Below, one piece after another: positions 53,085 to 64,000 of a stretch of 64,000 nucleotides of DNA. Within the stretch, counting starts at the first letter, position 1; every line of letters starts with the position of its first letter. The notes under the pieces were generated by a model. The model was not told the DNA's origin. It ran no database searches and saw only the letters and a program-made list of their open reading frames with translations. Source of the stretch: Eledone cirrhosa (taxonomy: Eukaryota). Location: positions 372,001-436,000 of the forward strand of contig OZ024764.1 of NCBI GenBank assembly GCA_964016885.1, given 5' to 3'. The position numbers were made by a program, and so were the translations under genes.

Positions 53085-54365
53085 ATACTTCATAGGAGAC
53101 CAGCTAAACCTACATAGGTGTGAGATGTAACAACATGATAGGACTGGGGCCCCTATCTTTAAAGCCCTCAAGAAACCCTTTAGAAGATACTTCTAAGGAG
53201 GCCAGCTAAACTTACATAGGTGTGAGTTGTAAACACACCACCATAGGACTGGGGTCCCTATCATTAAAACACCCGAAAAACCTATGAGATACAACCTTGT
53301 ATGGGGCCTACTAAACCTATATAGGTGTGAGCTGTAACAACATGATAGGACTGGGGTCCCTATCACTAAAGCACACAAGAAACCTATGAGGTACAATCTT
53401 ATAGGCCAACTAAACCAACATAGGTTTGAGCTGTACCAACAACCACATGATAGGGCTGGGGTCCCTATCATTAAAACACCTCAGAAAACTCCTATAAGAT
53501 ACAACTTAGGAGGCCAGCTAAACTAACGTGTGTGAGCTGTAACATGATAGGACTGGGGCCCCTATCATTAGAACATCCAAGAAACCGCCTATAAAATACC
53601 TCTTAGGAGGCAGCTGACTCTACATAGGAAGAACATGATAGGGCTAGGGTCCCTAACATTAAATCACTCAAGTTACCTCCTATAAGATACCTCTTTGGAG
53701 GCCAGCTAAATCTCCATCGGTGTGAGATGTAACTACATGCTAGGACTGGGGGTCCCTATCACTAAAGCACCCAAGAAATCTATGAGATACAACCTTGTAG
53801 GAGACTAGCTAAACTTGCATATATGTGAGCTTTAACAACATGATAGGACTGGGGTCCCTATCATTAAGTCACTCAAGAAACCCATGAGGTACAATCTCGC
53901 TGGAGGTGGAACCTTACAGAAGACCAGGTTAAACCTACATGGGTCTGAGCTGTGCCAACAACATGATAGGACTGGGGTCCCTATCATTAAGTCGCTCAAG
54001 AAACCTATGAGGTACAATCTCGCTGGAGGTGGAACCTTACAGAAGACCAGGTTAAACCTATATAGGTCTGAGCTGTGCCAACAACATGATAGGACTGGGG
54101 TCCCTATCATTAAGTCACTCAAGAAACCTATGAGGTACAATCTCGCTGGAGGTGGAACCTTACAGAAGACCAGGTTAAACCTACATGGGTCTGAGCTGTG
54201 CCAACAACATGATAGGACTGGGGTCCCTATCATTAAGTCACTCAAGAAACCTATGAGGTACAATCTCGCTGGAGGTGGAACCTTACAGAAGACCAGGTTA
54301 AACCTACATGGGTCTGAGCTGTGCCAACAATATGATAGGACTCGGGTCCCTATCATTAAAACACC
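53085..54365. repeat. ~110-125-bp tandem repeat: ~6 diverged units followed by 4 near-identical 123-bp units
   Basis: Each unit contains the hairpin ATGATAGGACTGGGGTCCCTATCAT; 41-aa periodicity in ORF 53884..54480. Confidence 0.92.
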
Positions 54366-54374
54366 CAAGACACC

Positions 54375-54490
54375 TTTCAAAAACAAATATCATCATGGGA
54401 TGATATTTGCGTTCTCATCAGATAAAATAGGGAGACATGATATGAAGCTTAAAAAACACTTGCGAGCAGTGAAGTGTTAAATCAACATAT
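54375..54490 (-). mobile_element. Family A element fragment, hammerhead truncated right after GAAA
   Basis: TATTTTAT-CTGATGA-hairpin-TGAAA, then joined to the 123-bp repeat. Confidence 0.7.
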
Positions 54491-54670
54491 ATATATTCCG
54501 GTTGTGGAACCAACCAACTAACCAACCGGAAATTTATAAAATTTATAATAAATTGAAGTGAAAGCAACTGGTGCGTGTGTTTCTTATTGGCAACATGACC
54601 CTCCCAAAGTATAACAATATCGGTTTCAACACACGTTTTCAGATAAAGAATCTTGCTAAACAAATTCAGA

Positions 54671-54730
<60 letters not shown>

Positions 54731-54829
54731 ACATCTCTCTCTCTCTCCCTATGCTAGACACCCGTGACCTGTTGGGTCACGTTCACTTGAAAATATAAAA
54801 AAAAAAATCATGTTCACTTAAAAATAATT

Positions 54830-55201
54830 TTTAGTGGTAGGTAGAGCATTGGTTTTGCAATCGAAAGGTTGTGAGTTCAATTCTCAGACCGGGTGATGTG
54901 CTGTTTCCTTGAGCAAGACACTTTACTTCACATTGCTCCAGTTTACTCAGCTGTAGAAATGAGATGATAGGGACTGCGGTCCCTATCATTCCACTACAAA
55001 GTGGTCGTGGAGGTGCCACGGCAAAAAAAAAGCACCCAGCCCACACTGCAAAGTGGCCGTGTAGGCGCCACGGATAAAAAGCACCCATCACTCACTGTAA
55101 ATGAGGTTGGTGTTAGGAAGGGCATCCAGCTGTAGAAATCAAGCCAGAATCAGTTCCCGTCCCACCCTTGCAAGCAGGGAAAGCGGACGTAAAATGATGA
55201 T
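54830..55201 (+). mobile_element. SINE (family of 1885-2235) with two internal 49-bp-type units
   Basis: B-box, core-like domain and RTE-type tail. Confidence 0.9.
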
Positions 55202-55263
55202 ATATATGTTGATTTAAAACTGCACTATCCACAAGTGTTTTTAACCTTCATATCATGTCCTCC

Positions 55264-55334
55264 TATTTTATCTGATGAAAACACAAATGTTATTGCATGA
55301 TGATATTTGTTTTTGAAATGCGCATAATAAAATA
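55264..55334 (+). ncRNA. Type I hammerhead ribozyme (family A)
   Basis: TATTTTAT-CTGATGA-AAACACAAATGTTAT..ATGATATTTGTTTTT-GAAA-TGCGCA-TA-ATAAAATA. Confidence 0.88.
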
Positions 55335-55438
55335 CATGGAACTCATTTAACCATCTTTTGATCTTATATATATATATATATATATATATTATAAAATAAC
55401 AGGAGGCTGGACTGGTGTAAATCTTTGAAAGGTTTATT

Positions 55439-55496
55439 ATACTATGATCATTTCAATGACCGGGTTCAGTATGAATCCGGTGATATCATCAGGTAT
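55439..55496 (-). ncRNA. Type I hammerhead ribozyme (family B)
   Basis: ATAC-CTGATGA-..ACCGGATTCATACTGAACCCGGT..-GAAA-TGATCA-TA-GTAT. Confidence 0.8.
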
Positions 55497-55498
55497 TC

Positions 55499-55540
<42 letters not shown>

Positions 55541-56630
55541 GGTGTCTGTGATCTATATACACTGGTCATAGACACACACACTCACATATATACACAACAC
55601 CACCAGCTCTCTCTTCCATTTTCCTCCTCTCCCTCTCTCTCTGTCTCTCTTTCAATCTACTCTCTCACAACCACTATCTCTCCCTCTCTATCCTTCACTC
55701 TCTATATTTATGAAGGTACCCAGAAAAACCCCCATATCTCGGGAACCCGTGACCCGATTTATGCGAAACTTGTAGGAACCAACCAACTAACCAACCGGAA
55801 ATTTATAAAATAGAGAGATTGTATGGGGTGGTACATAGTATATATATGCTTCAGCTTCGGCCTGTGGGAAGTCGGGCCTTCTGTATTACCTCGTAACATC
55901 AAAGATTTCGGTCCTGTGTCATCGCCTCACCATTCTTTCATTTTCTTTCTACTACAAACCTCAAAACGCATGGTCTTGTTTCAAATGTCAGATTAAAAAA
56001 AAAAAAAAAAAAAAAATCGATATTTATATATTTGTAGATTTGTTTTCATTTTGCATAACGACAGATTCGATTTTTTTTTTTTTTTTTTTTTTTTCCATCT
56101 TTGAAACCTCCCAGGGTCGATAAACTTACTATTATTACATTAATGTGCTGTAAGCCGTTCTATGTTTGAAACGATACCATTTAAAACCGCTCCTGGTTCT
56201 ATGAGACAAAACTGTTTATTTTAAAGGGTTTACATTTAGGAAGAGGCTATGTAGCCGGTAAGAGTGTCAGACACCATGTGTTGTTGCCAGAGTTAAGACA
56301 ATTTGAAATGTTTTCCACCATAAATTGTTAAAATAAAAGTTAAAATCATTTAGTCGTCCATTGGTAACATATATTAGACTTCAGTTACATACACACATCT
56401 ACAGGTAGATATATAGAGAGATAGACAAGAGAGGTGTAAACCTACATATACACATATCTCTGTTGATTTTTTTAAAAAACCACCACACTACACCATTATA
56501 ATATATACTCAACACCACACCGCACCACACCAATATAATATATACACAACACCACACCATAATTAGATAAAAATCAGATCCGTTGTCACATTTTTATCTG
56601 AAATTTATTTTTAAAAAAGATTCACCCAAA

Positions 56631-56950
56631 ATCATCATCATCATCATCATCATTTTACGACCGCTTTTCCCTGCTTGCAAGGGTGGGATGGGAACTGATT
56701 CTGGCTTGATTTCTACAGCTGGATACCTTTCCTAACACCAACCTCATTTACAGTGAGTCCTGGGTGCTTTTTTGCAGTGGAATGATAGGGACCCCAGTCC
56801 CTATCCTCTCATTTCTACAGCTGAGTAAACTGGAGCAATGTGAAATAAAGTGTCTTGCTCAAGGAAACAACACATCACCCGGTCTGAGAATTGAACTCAC
56901 AACCTTTCGATTGCAAGGCCAATGCGCTAACCACTAAGCCATGTGCCTTC
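56631..56950 (-). mobile_element. SINE (family of 1885-2235) lacking most of the 49-bp unit
   Basis: Full head and tail; internal deletion between GCTTTTTT and GCAGTGGAATG. Confidence 0.9.
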
Positions 56951-57199
56951 AAAATATTAATTAAAATAGAAGTATAAGGCTTCGCCATAACATTTGACCA
57001 AATAATATAGTCTTAAAAACGGGGCACAATATCGGGTCTCAAATAGTAGTGGCAGGGGTGGGAAATGGTTATTTTGTCAAGGTTGTCTCTGTTGATGTTT
57101 TTAAAAACCAGAATTAGTCGTTTAGTTTAGATATAGAAATGAAGTGTTAAACAGATATTGTGTTCAGTGGCTATAATGGGAAATAAATAATTTCCTATA

Positions 57200-57765
57200 T
57201 AGATGATAAATACAGCCACAAAGATAGGGTCCGAACGTGGAAGATCTGAACCCCTACTGTCCTTGCCTCCATCTCTCTCGTCCTCCCCCTCAGTCTGTAT
57301 GGTGAGCAAATGGGGTTCCATGTGCTGGCTGCCACACAGCCTCGGCGGACAGAATGGAGAAGGCGTTTCCTCGGAGGATGGTAAGGGAGATGCGCTGGAA
57401 GAGCCATTCCATCTCGCGAGGCTCACACCTGCGGCTGGCCAGCTCAGTGCCTATGGTGGTGAGTAGGGAGGTAGCCCTAGGGCCAAGGACACCACAAGTC
57501 TCCACTGCTAGGGGTAGCCAGGTCTGTGCCTATGGTGGTGAGTAGGGAGGTAGCCCTAGGGCCAAGGACACCAGAAGTCTCCACTGCTACAGGTAGCCAG
57601 CTCTGCACCTATGGTGGTAAGTAGGGAGGTAGCCCTAGGGCCAAGGACACCAGAAGTCTCCACTGCTAGGGCTAGCCAACTCTGTGGTGAGTAGGGAGGT
57701 TGCCCTAGGGCCAAGCACACCAGAAGTCTCCACTGCCAAGGACACGACCGCAAACCTGTCGGAGA
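57200..57765 (-). mobile_element. 3' fragment of a CRE-like (restriction-like endonuclease) non-LTR retrotransposon with internal ~79-bp tandem quadruplication
   Basis: SDRFAVVSLAVETSGVLGPRATSLLTTIG.ELA..EPREMEWLFQRISLTILRGNAFSIL matches the P.A.ET.G..G / LFQR.S.AI.RGNA C-terminus of CRE-type RLE domains. Confidence 0.8.
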
Positions 57766-58022
57766 CCCCAACCCATCCTATTTATTTTCAACATATGGGG
57801 TTTCTAGTAATGTACTTCAATGTCGTGTATAATATTTTTATTGTCGCAGGAATGCTACCACTTAAAATAAAATTTCACCAGAGATAGATTAGATACATTT
57901 AATAAGAAGGGAGGAGGGCATTATTCGAGACCCTAGAATATATATCTGTCTGTCTGTCTGTCTGTCTGTCTGTCACTCTATCTATGTATCTATCACTCTA
58001 TCTTTGTATGTACCTATCACTA

Positions 58023-58057
<35 letters not shown>

Positions 58058-58404
58058 ATCTGTCTCTCTGTCTCTATCTCTCTGTCTCTGTCTCCCTGTC
58101 TCTGTCTGTCTGTCTGTCTCTCTGTCTGTCTGTCACTCACTCTATCTATGTATCTATCACTCTATCCTTGTATGTACCGTACCTATCACTATATACCTAT
58201 CACTGTCTGCCTGTCTATCACTCTATCTATCATTAGATATGCCTGCTACAAGTCTACCTCCTCCCCCCTCCAATTATCGACCCCCAATCGACCTTCGCAG
58301 GATTCGAACTGTGGTCACCAAGGGAGATAACTATAGGTGTCTTATAGTCGTCCTCTTCGTCATCCACATTTCTACCATGACTCCTAACTTCTTCGTCTAT
58401 TTCT

Positions 58405-58586
58405 TTAGTCTTTCTTCTTCCTCAAACACTCCTTTCAGCAGGTCCTGTCAGGAGCAACTGTCGCCAATTGATCCGGCTGGATCCCCAAAAGAGACCAGCC
58501 AAACTCATGGATGCTTTCCAACTATCTTGCTCGGGGTCTACTGCTGGGTCTCCTGCCGGTTGGTTTGCCTTTAAAATCTTTTCCAG
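58405..58586 (-). mobile_element. RTE LINE 3' flank of 65-bp array 3
   Basis: Reverse complement is homologous to 42705-42920. Confidence 0.85.
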
Positions 58587-60325
58587 AGATTCTTTCCTCG
58601 GACATTCTAACCACATGTCTGTAGTATCAGAGCTGTGATCTCTCAATTCAGAGATTCTTTCCCCAGACATTCTAACCACATGTCTGTAGTATCAGAGCTG
58701 TGGTCTCTCAATTCAGGGATTCTTTCCTGAGACATTCTAAGCACATGTCTGTAGTATCAGAGCTGTGATCTCTCAATTCAGGGATTCTTTCCTGAGACAT
58801 TCTAAGCACATGTCTGTAGTATCAGAGCTGTGATCTCTCAATTCAGAGATTCTTTCCTCGGACATTCTAACCACATGTCTGTAGTATTAGAGCTGTGATC
58901 TCTCAATTCAGGGATTCTTTCCTGAGACATTCTAAGCACATGTCTGTAGTATTAGAGCTGTGATCTCTCAATTCAGAGATTCTTTCCTCGGACATTCTAA
59001 CCACATGTCTGTAGTATTAGAGCTGTGATCTCTCAATTCAGAGATTCTTTCCTGAGACATTCTAAGCACATGTCTGTAGTATCAGAGCTGTGATCTCTCA
59101 ATTCAGAGATTCTTTCCTCGGACATTCTAACCACATGTCTGTAGTATTAGAGCTGTGATCTCTCAATTCAGAGATTCTTTCCTCGGACATTCTAACCACA
59201 TGTCTGTAGTATTAGAGCTGTGATCTCTCAATTCAGAGATTCTTTCTTCAGACATTCTAACCACATGTCTGTAGTATCAGAGCTGTGATCTCTCAATTCA
59301 GAGATTCTTTCCTCAGACATTCTAACCACATGTTTGTAGTATCAGAGCTGTGATCTCTCAATTCAGAGATTCTTTCCTGAGACATTCTAACCACATGTCT
59401 GTAATATCAGAGCTGTGATCTCTCAATTAAGAGATTCTATCCTGAGACATTCTAACCACATGTCTGTAGTATCAGAGCTGTGATCTCTCAATTCAGAGAT
59501 TCTTTCCTCAGACATTCTAACCACATGTCTGTAGTATCAGAGCTGTGATCTCTCGATTCAGAGATTCTTTCCTCAGACATTCTAACCTCATGTCTGTAGT
59601 ATCAGAGCTGTGATCTCTCAGTTCAGAGATTCTTTCCTGAGACATTCTAACCACATGTCTGTAGTATCAGAGCTGTGATCTCTCAATCCAGAGATTCTTT
59701 CCTGAGATATTCTAACCACATGTCTGTAGTATCAGAGCTGTGATCTCTCAATTCAGAGATTCTTTCCTCGGACATTCTAACCACATGTCTGTAGTATTAG
59801 AGCTGTGATCTCTCAATTCAGAGATTCTTTCCTGAGACATTCTAACCACATGTCTGTAGTATCAGAGCTGTGATCTCTCAATTCAGAGATTCTTTCCTGA
59901 GATATTCTAACCACATGTCTGTAGTATCAGAGCTGTGATCTCTCAATTCAGAGATTCTTTCCTGAGATATTCTAACCACATGTCTGTAGTATCAGAGCTG
60001 TGATCTCTCAATTCAGAGATTCTTTCCTGAGACATTCTAACCACATGTCTGTAGTATCAGAGCTGTGATCTCTCAATTCAGAGATTCTTTCCTGAGATAT
60101 TCTAACCACATGTCTGTAGTATCAGAGCTGTGATCTCTCAATTCAGAGATTCTTTCCTGAGACATTCTAACCACATGTCTGTAGTATCAGAGCTGTGATC
60201 TCTCAATTCAGACATTCTTTCCTCAGACATTCTAACCACATGTCTGTAGTATCAGAACTGTGATCTCTCAATTCAGAGACTCTTTCCTGAGATATTCTAA
60301 CCCCATGTCTGTAGTATCAGAGCCG
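58584..60325 (-). repeat. 65-bp satellite array 3, ~27 units, reverse orientation
   Basis: Reverse complement of the 65-bp unit. Confidence 0.95.
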
Positions 60326-60329
60326 TACA

Positions 60330-62553
60330 CCCCTAATCCTCCAAGATTCTCTCTGAAGGAACATAAAGAAGACTTCATCAGTAACCCTTCAATTAGTCTG
60401 ACATTGGTATTATCAGCAAGAAAATATTAGCTAAAATCATTCAAGGGTATTAAAGAGTGTAAAAATAAAAAATGTATACAATTTGATATCAATTCTTACT
60501 ACACCTCTATTTCCCCTATCCTATTAAATAAGGCTCTAATTATGGCTATGAACAATAGTGACCTGGCTAGATCCCAAACTGATGTCATACTTGCAGCCCG
60601 AAAAACCATAATTACATTTGAAGAACAATTATGGACCCGCAAGGATACGCATAACAACTTCGACATAACCATGGGATCTAGTAACTCGGCTCAGGTCACC
60701 GATTTGGTGGGCCTATACCTACTTAATGAAATCCATAAGAACCTACCCTACCTCAGCGGTGGTTTATACCACGATCATGCACTACTTCTTATAGACTATA
60801 AACAATTTAATATAGAAAAAACTAGGAAACAGTTACACAAAATTTTCAAAAACTACAACTTGAGTATCTCCTTAGATAAAAAAACACTAAAAACGTCAAC
60901 TTCCTTGACGCTACCCTTAGCCTAGACTCTAGAGTATACACACCCTATCATAAACCTAACGAAAAACTAATTTATGTGAACACCAACTCTAACCACCCTA
61001 AATCCATATTAAACTCTATTACCAAAGGAATATCTAATAGAATCTCTAATCTATCATATAATGATACTATATTTAACAATAATTCACAATACTATAATGA
61101 GGCCTTAGCTAAATCAGGACATAAGAATGAGATTGAATTCCTACCTATAAAATCACATAGTTACAACATTATTTCTCATAATATGGCTATGAGGAAAAAT
61201 AGTAAAAACACTAGCCACTATAACTCTAGGACGAAGGGTAATACCAAACTTAACTCGCACCAAAGTAAACACCACAATAAGAATATAAACGGATATAAAT
61301 ACCTAAAAAAAACAATACTATAAACAAAAATAGGAGAACTAATACATTTTTCAATCCCCCTTTCAATCTAAATGTCTCTACCAACTTGCCTAAGGCTTTC
61401 TTCTCAATCTTAGAAAAAAACTTCCCGACCGGCCACAAGGACCATAGCCTTATCAATAAAAATACAATTGAAATATCGTACTCCACCACACCTAACATAG
61501 CATACCATATTGCTAGTGGTAATAAAAGGAAGATTAATAACTATTTCCAACTAATTAAAACACAACAGGAGGTAAACTTAGTACCTGTAAACAATAGTAG
61601 TAATAATAGTAATAATGATAATAGCACTAATGAAATCAATAACAATACGAATGATAGACATCATTACCCTAATGCTACCCCTAGCAACCAGAATTCTTCA
61701 CAACATAGGAACCGGCAAGCTAACACCCAGAATAAATGTAGCTGTAGAACTAATAGAACTTGCCTCTGAGGTAATAATTGCTGAACCAAAGACATCATCT
61801 ACTCATGCACCGTCAACGCAAACAACTCTTCTAAAACATATATAGGTTCTACTTCGAACAACTTCAAGACGAGATACAACTCACACCTCGACTCTTTCAA
61901 GAAACACAATCTAGCCAGCTCTACTTCTTTATCTACCTACATACACTCTCTGAAAACTAGGAATAGACCATTTACACTGCAATGGGAAGTAGTAGGTAGG
62001 GCCTCATCGTATAAACCACCGAATAAATTGTGTAATCTTTGCCTTCTGGAGACCCATACTATAATCTTTTCGAAACTAGACCTCCTTAATAGAAAGTCAG
62101 AGACATTTTTCTCATGCCAACACCGGTACCGACACTCGTTCCATAACTTTAAACCTAGCTGTTAGTATACAACAATGTCACATTTGAATTCCCCACCACC
62201 ATTAACACTACACATCTAGGACTTAGCAGCACCCACAACCACAAACCCCTCGACCAACTCTTTCCTCTACACAACTCCTATTCATCTATAACCTTATGCT
62301 CTGCAATAACAGTTAGAATTAGACTACCACCTTGTGATATAACTACAATAGATTAATTATATCTTATACAGTAATGGATATTTGGCACTTGGTATGTAGA
62401 CATTTAGTGTAATGTGGTGATAAACTATATATGCATTTGTAATTGAAATATTCACTTCTGCGTTTACAGATTGACTTTGTTAGTTTCAGAAGATCCCGTT
62501 AAGGGTGAAAGCAGCGATTCTTTGCTTAAAACTTTAATCTGTTATTTTAATAA

Positions 62554-62555
<2 letters not shown>
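60330..62555 (+). mobile_element. Decayed 5'-truncated Penelope-like element (Neptune-type), RT + Cys linker + GIY-YIG, with frameshifts and stops
   Basis: LKEHKEDFISNP, QFDINSYYTSI, MGSSNSAQVTDLVGLYLL, GGLYHDHAL (YRDD site), VNFLDATL, YVNTNSNHP, CSCR..C, IIYSC..YIGST..FKTRYNSH, CNLCLLE; ends in (TA)n. Confidence 0.92.
62482..62532 (+). ncRNA. Type I hammerhead motif in the 3' pLTR of the Penelope-like element (one core mutation)
   Basis: AGTTT-CAGAAGA-TCCC GTTA AGGGT-GAAA-GCA..TGC-TT-AAACT. Confidence 0.75.
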
Positions 62556-62586
<31 letters not shown>

Positions 62587-62587
62587 T

Positions 62588-62717
62588 GGCATACGTCAAA
62601 ACGGCCGGTCTCAAAGGTGAAACTAATTTTTGACAGTTACGTACACGTTATAAGAGCTATTTAAATTTATATATATAAAATAAAGGAGCAAATAAGAGCA
62701 TGATATGAAGTCAGTCA

Positions 62718-62750
<33 letters not shown>

Positions 62751-63044
62751 AAACGAATGTAAAAGAATATATGTAGGGCATAGATAAGGTTTCCTAGAAT
62801 TTTACACACACACACATATACACACACACGTGTATATATTATAGTGTGTATGTGTGCATATATGTGTATATGTGTGTGTACTTTTACATTCGTTTACACA
62901 CACACACACACACACATGACTGACTTCATATCATGCTCTTATTTGCTCCTTTATTTTATATATATAAATTTAAATAGCTCTTATAACGTGTACGTAACTG
63001 TTAAAAGTTAGTTTCACTTTTGAGACCGGCCGTTTTGACGTATG

Positions 63045-63046
<2 letters not shown>
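62588..63046. mobile_element. Fold-back MITE with ~170-bp terminal inverted repeats, in (TA)n
   Basis: 62588-62765 is the near reverse complement of 62881-63046 (GGCATACGTCAAAACGGCCGGTCTCAAA...). Confidence 0.85.
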
Positions 63047-63115
<69 letters not shown>

Positions 63116-63554
63116 ATAAATTCCGGATCGTTTGGTTTCATTTGACCCACTATCAAAAAGAAAGTGAAAATAGTTATTCCACCTTATCAATATTCGTTGT
63201 AAGATTATAGATAGGTGGATATATATATATATAGATAGATAGATATAAATATATATATATATACATTCTTCGTTCGGACTGCCGTATCGAAATCACCGTG
63301 GTTAACACAGCGACAGGTACAACCATAAGATTCTACTAGTAATGCGTGTGTGTATCTGTGTATGTATGTATATATATATATATAATGTGTGTGTGTGTGT
63401 GTGTGTATATATATACATATAGGAAAATGTTCTGAACCCTGACGGCAGAGCTCAACCTTTTCCTATTTCCCACTCTACTACCCAAAGTATTGAGTACTCT
63501 GGTGCGTTATGGTCCACCTGGTTCCTTACCACACTTCCTTCGTTATATATACAT

Positions 63555-63595
<41 letters not shown>

Positions 63596-63706
63596 CAGAA
63601 GGCATATTCAAATTGTTGGTAATTGAACAAATGACTATCCAAGGAATACTTCAACAGTTAAGGTATGTTCCTTGGTTATGTCAAAATTTATAAAACAAAC
63701 TTTGTA

Positions 63707-63764
63707 TTTTATCTGATGAAAGCGTACCAAAGTTTTTGGTACCCTTGAAATATATATAATAGAA
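63707..63764 (+). ncRNA. Type I hammerhead ribozyme motif
   Basis: TTTTAT-CTGATGA-AAGCGTACCAA..TTGGTACCCTT-GAAA-TATATA-TA-ATAGAA. Confidence 0.75.
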
Positions 63765-63857
63765 AAAATATGGTTTTATAAATATAGTTTCCATTTATTT
63801 AATATCATTGAATATTATACTCCAGAAACTTGTCGAGTGCTCTGAATCAGTTATAAA

Positions 63858-64000
63858 CAGGGCCGGATTTACGTATAAGCTAAACAAGCTATAGCTTACG
63901 GTCCCCACTTTCTTGGGGCCCCGAAAAAATAGAAAAAAAATAACGGTGTGAATATTTCCAAAATATAAGATATAAAGGAACTAAAATAATGCAATAGTTT
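63858..64000 (+). mobile_element. Left end of a probable hAT-type MITE
   Basis: Starts CAGGGCCGGATTT followed by GG(G/T)CCCC subterminal motifs; the other end is outside the window. Confidence 0.5.

Noticed and set aside
53832-54480. 41-aa repeat protein
   Set aside because: Open on both strands only over the four homogeneous 123-bp units; diverged units are not in frame.

Overview
Eukaryotic, AT-rich, microsatellite-saturated animal DNA; the SINE/MITE repertoire suggests a coleoid cephalopod such as Octopus (inference). The only host gene recognised is the first coding exon of a ULK1/2 (Atg1) kinase on the minus strand (2361-2272), and the rest of that gene lies left of the window. Everything else is repeats. 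(1) Three arrays of one 65-bp satellite (about 20, 323 and 27 units) each sit inside the 3' coding end of an RTE-clade LINE, from which the unit derives. (2) Other minisatellites arose inside a SINE (48/49 bp), a piggyBac-type MITE (72/73 bp) and a CRE-like retrotransposon (79 bp). (3) There is a decayed Penelope-like element (RT + GIY-YIG) ending in a hammerhead. (4) A dense set of short (TA)n-embedded elements carries type I hammerhead ribozyme motifs, many with 6-nt palindromic stem III and several arranged as fold-back palindromes. All calls were made by eye from motifs, with no database searches.
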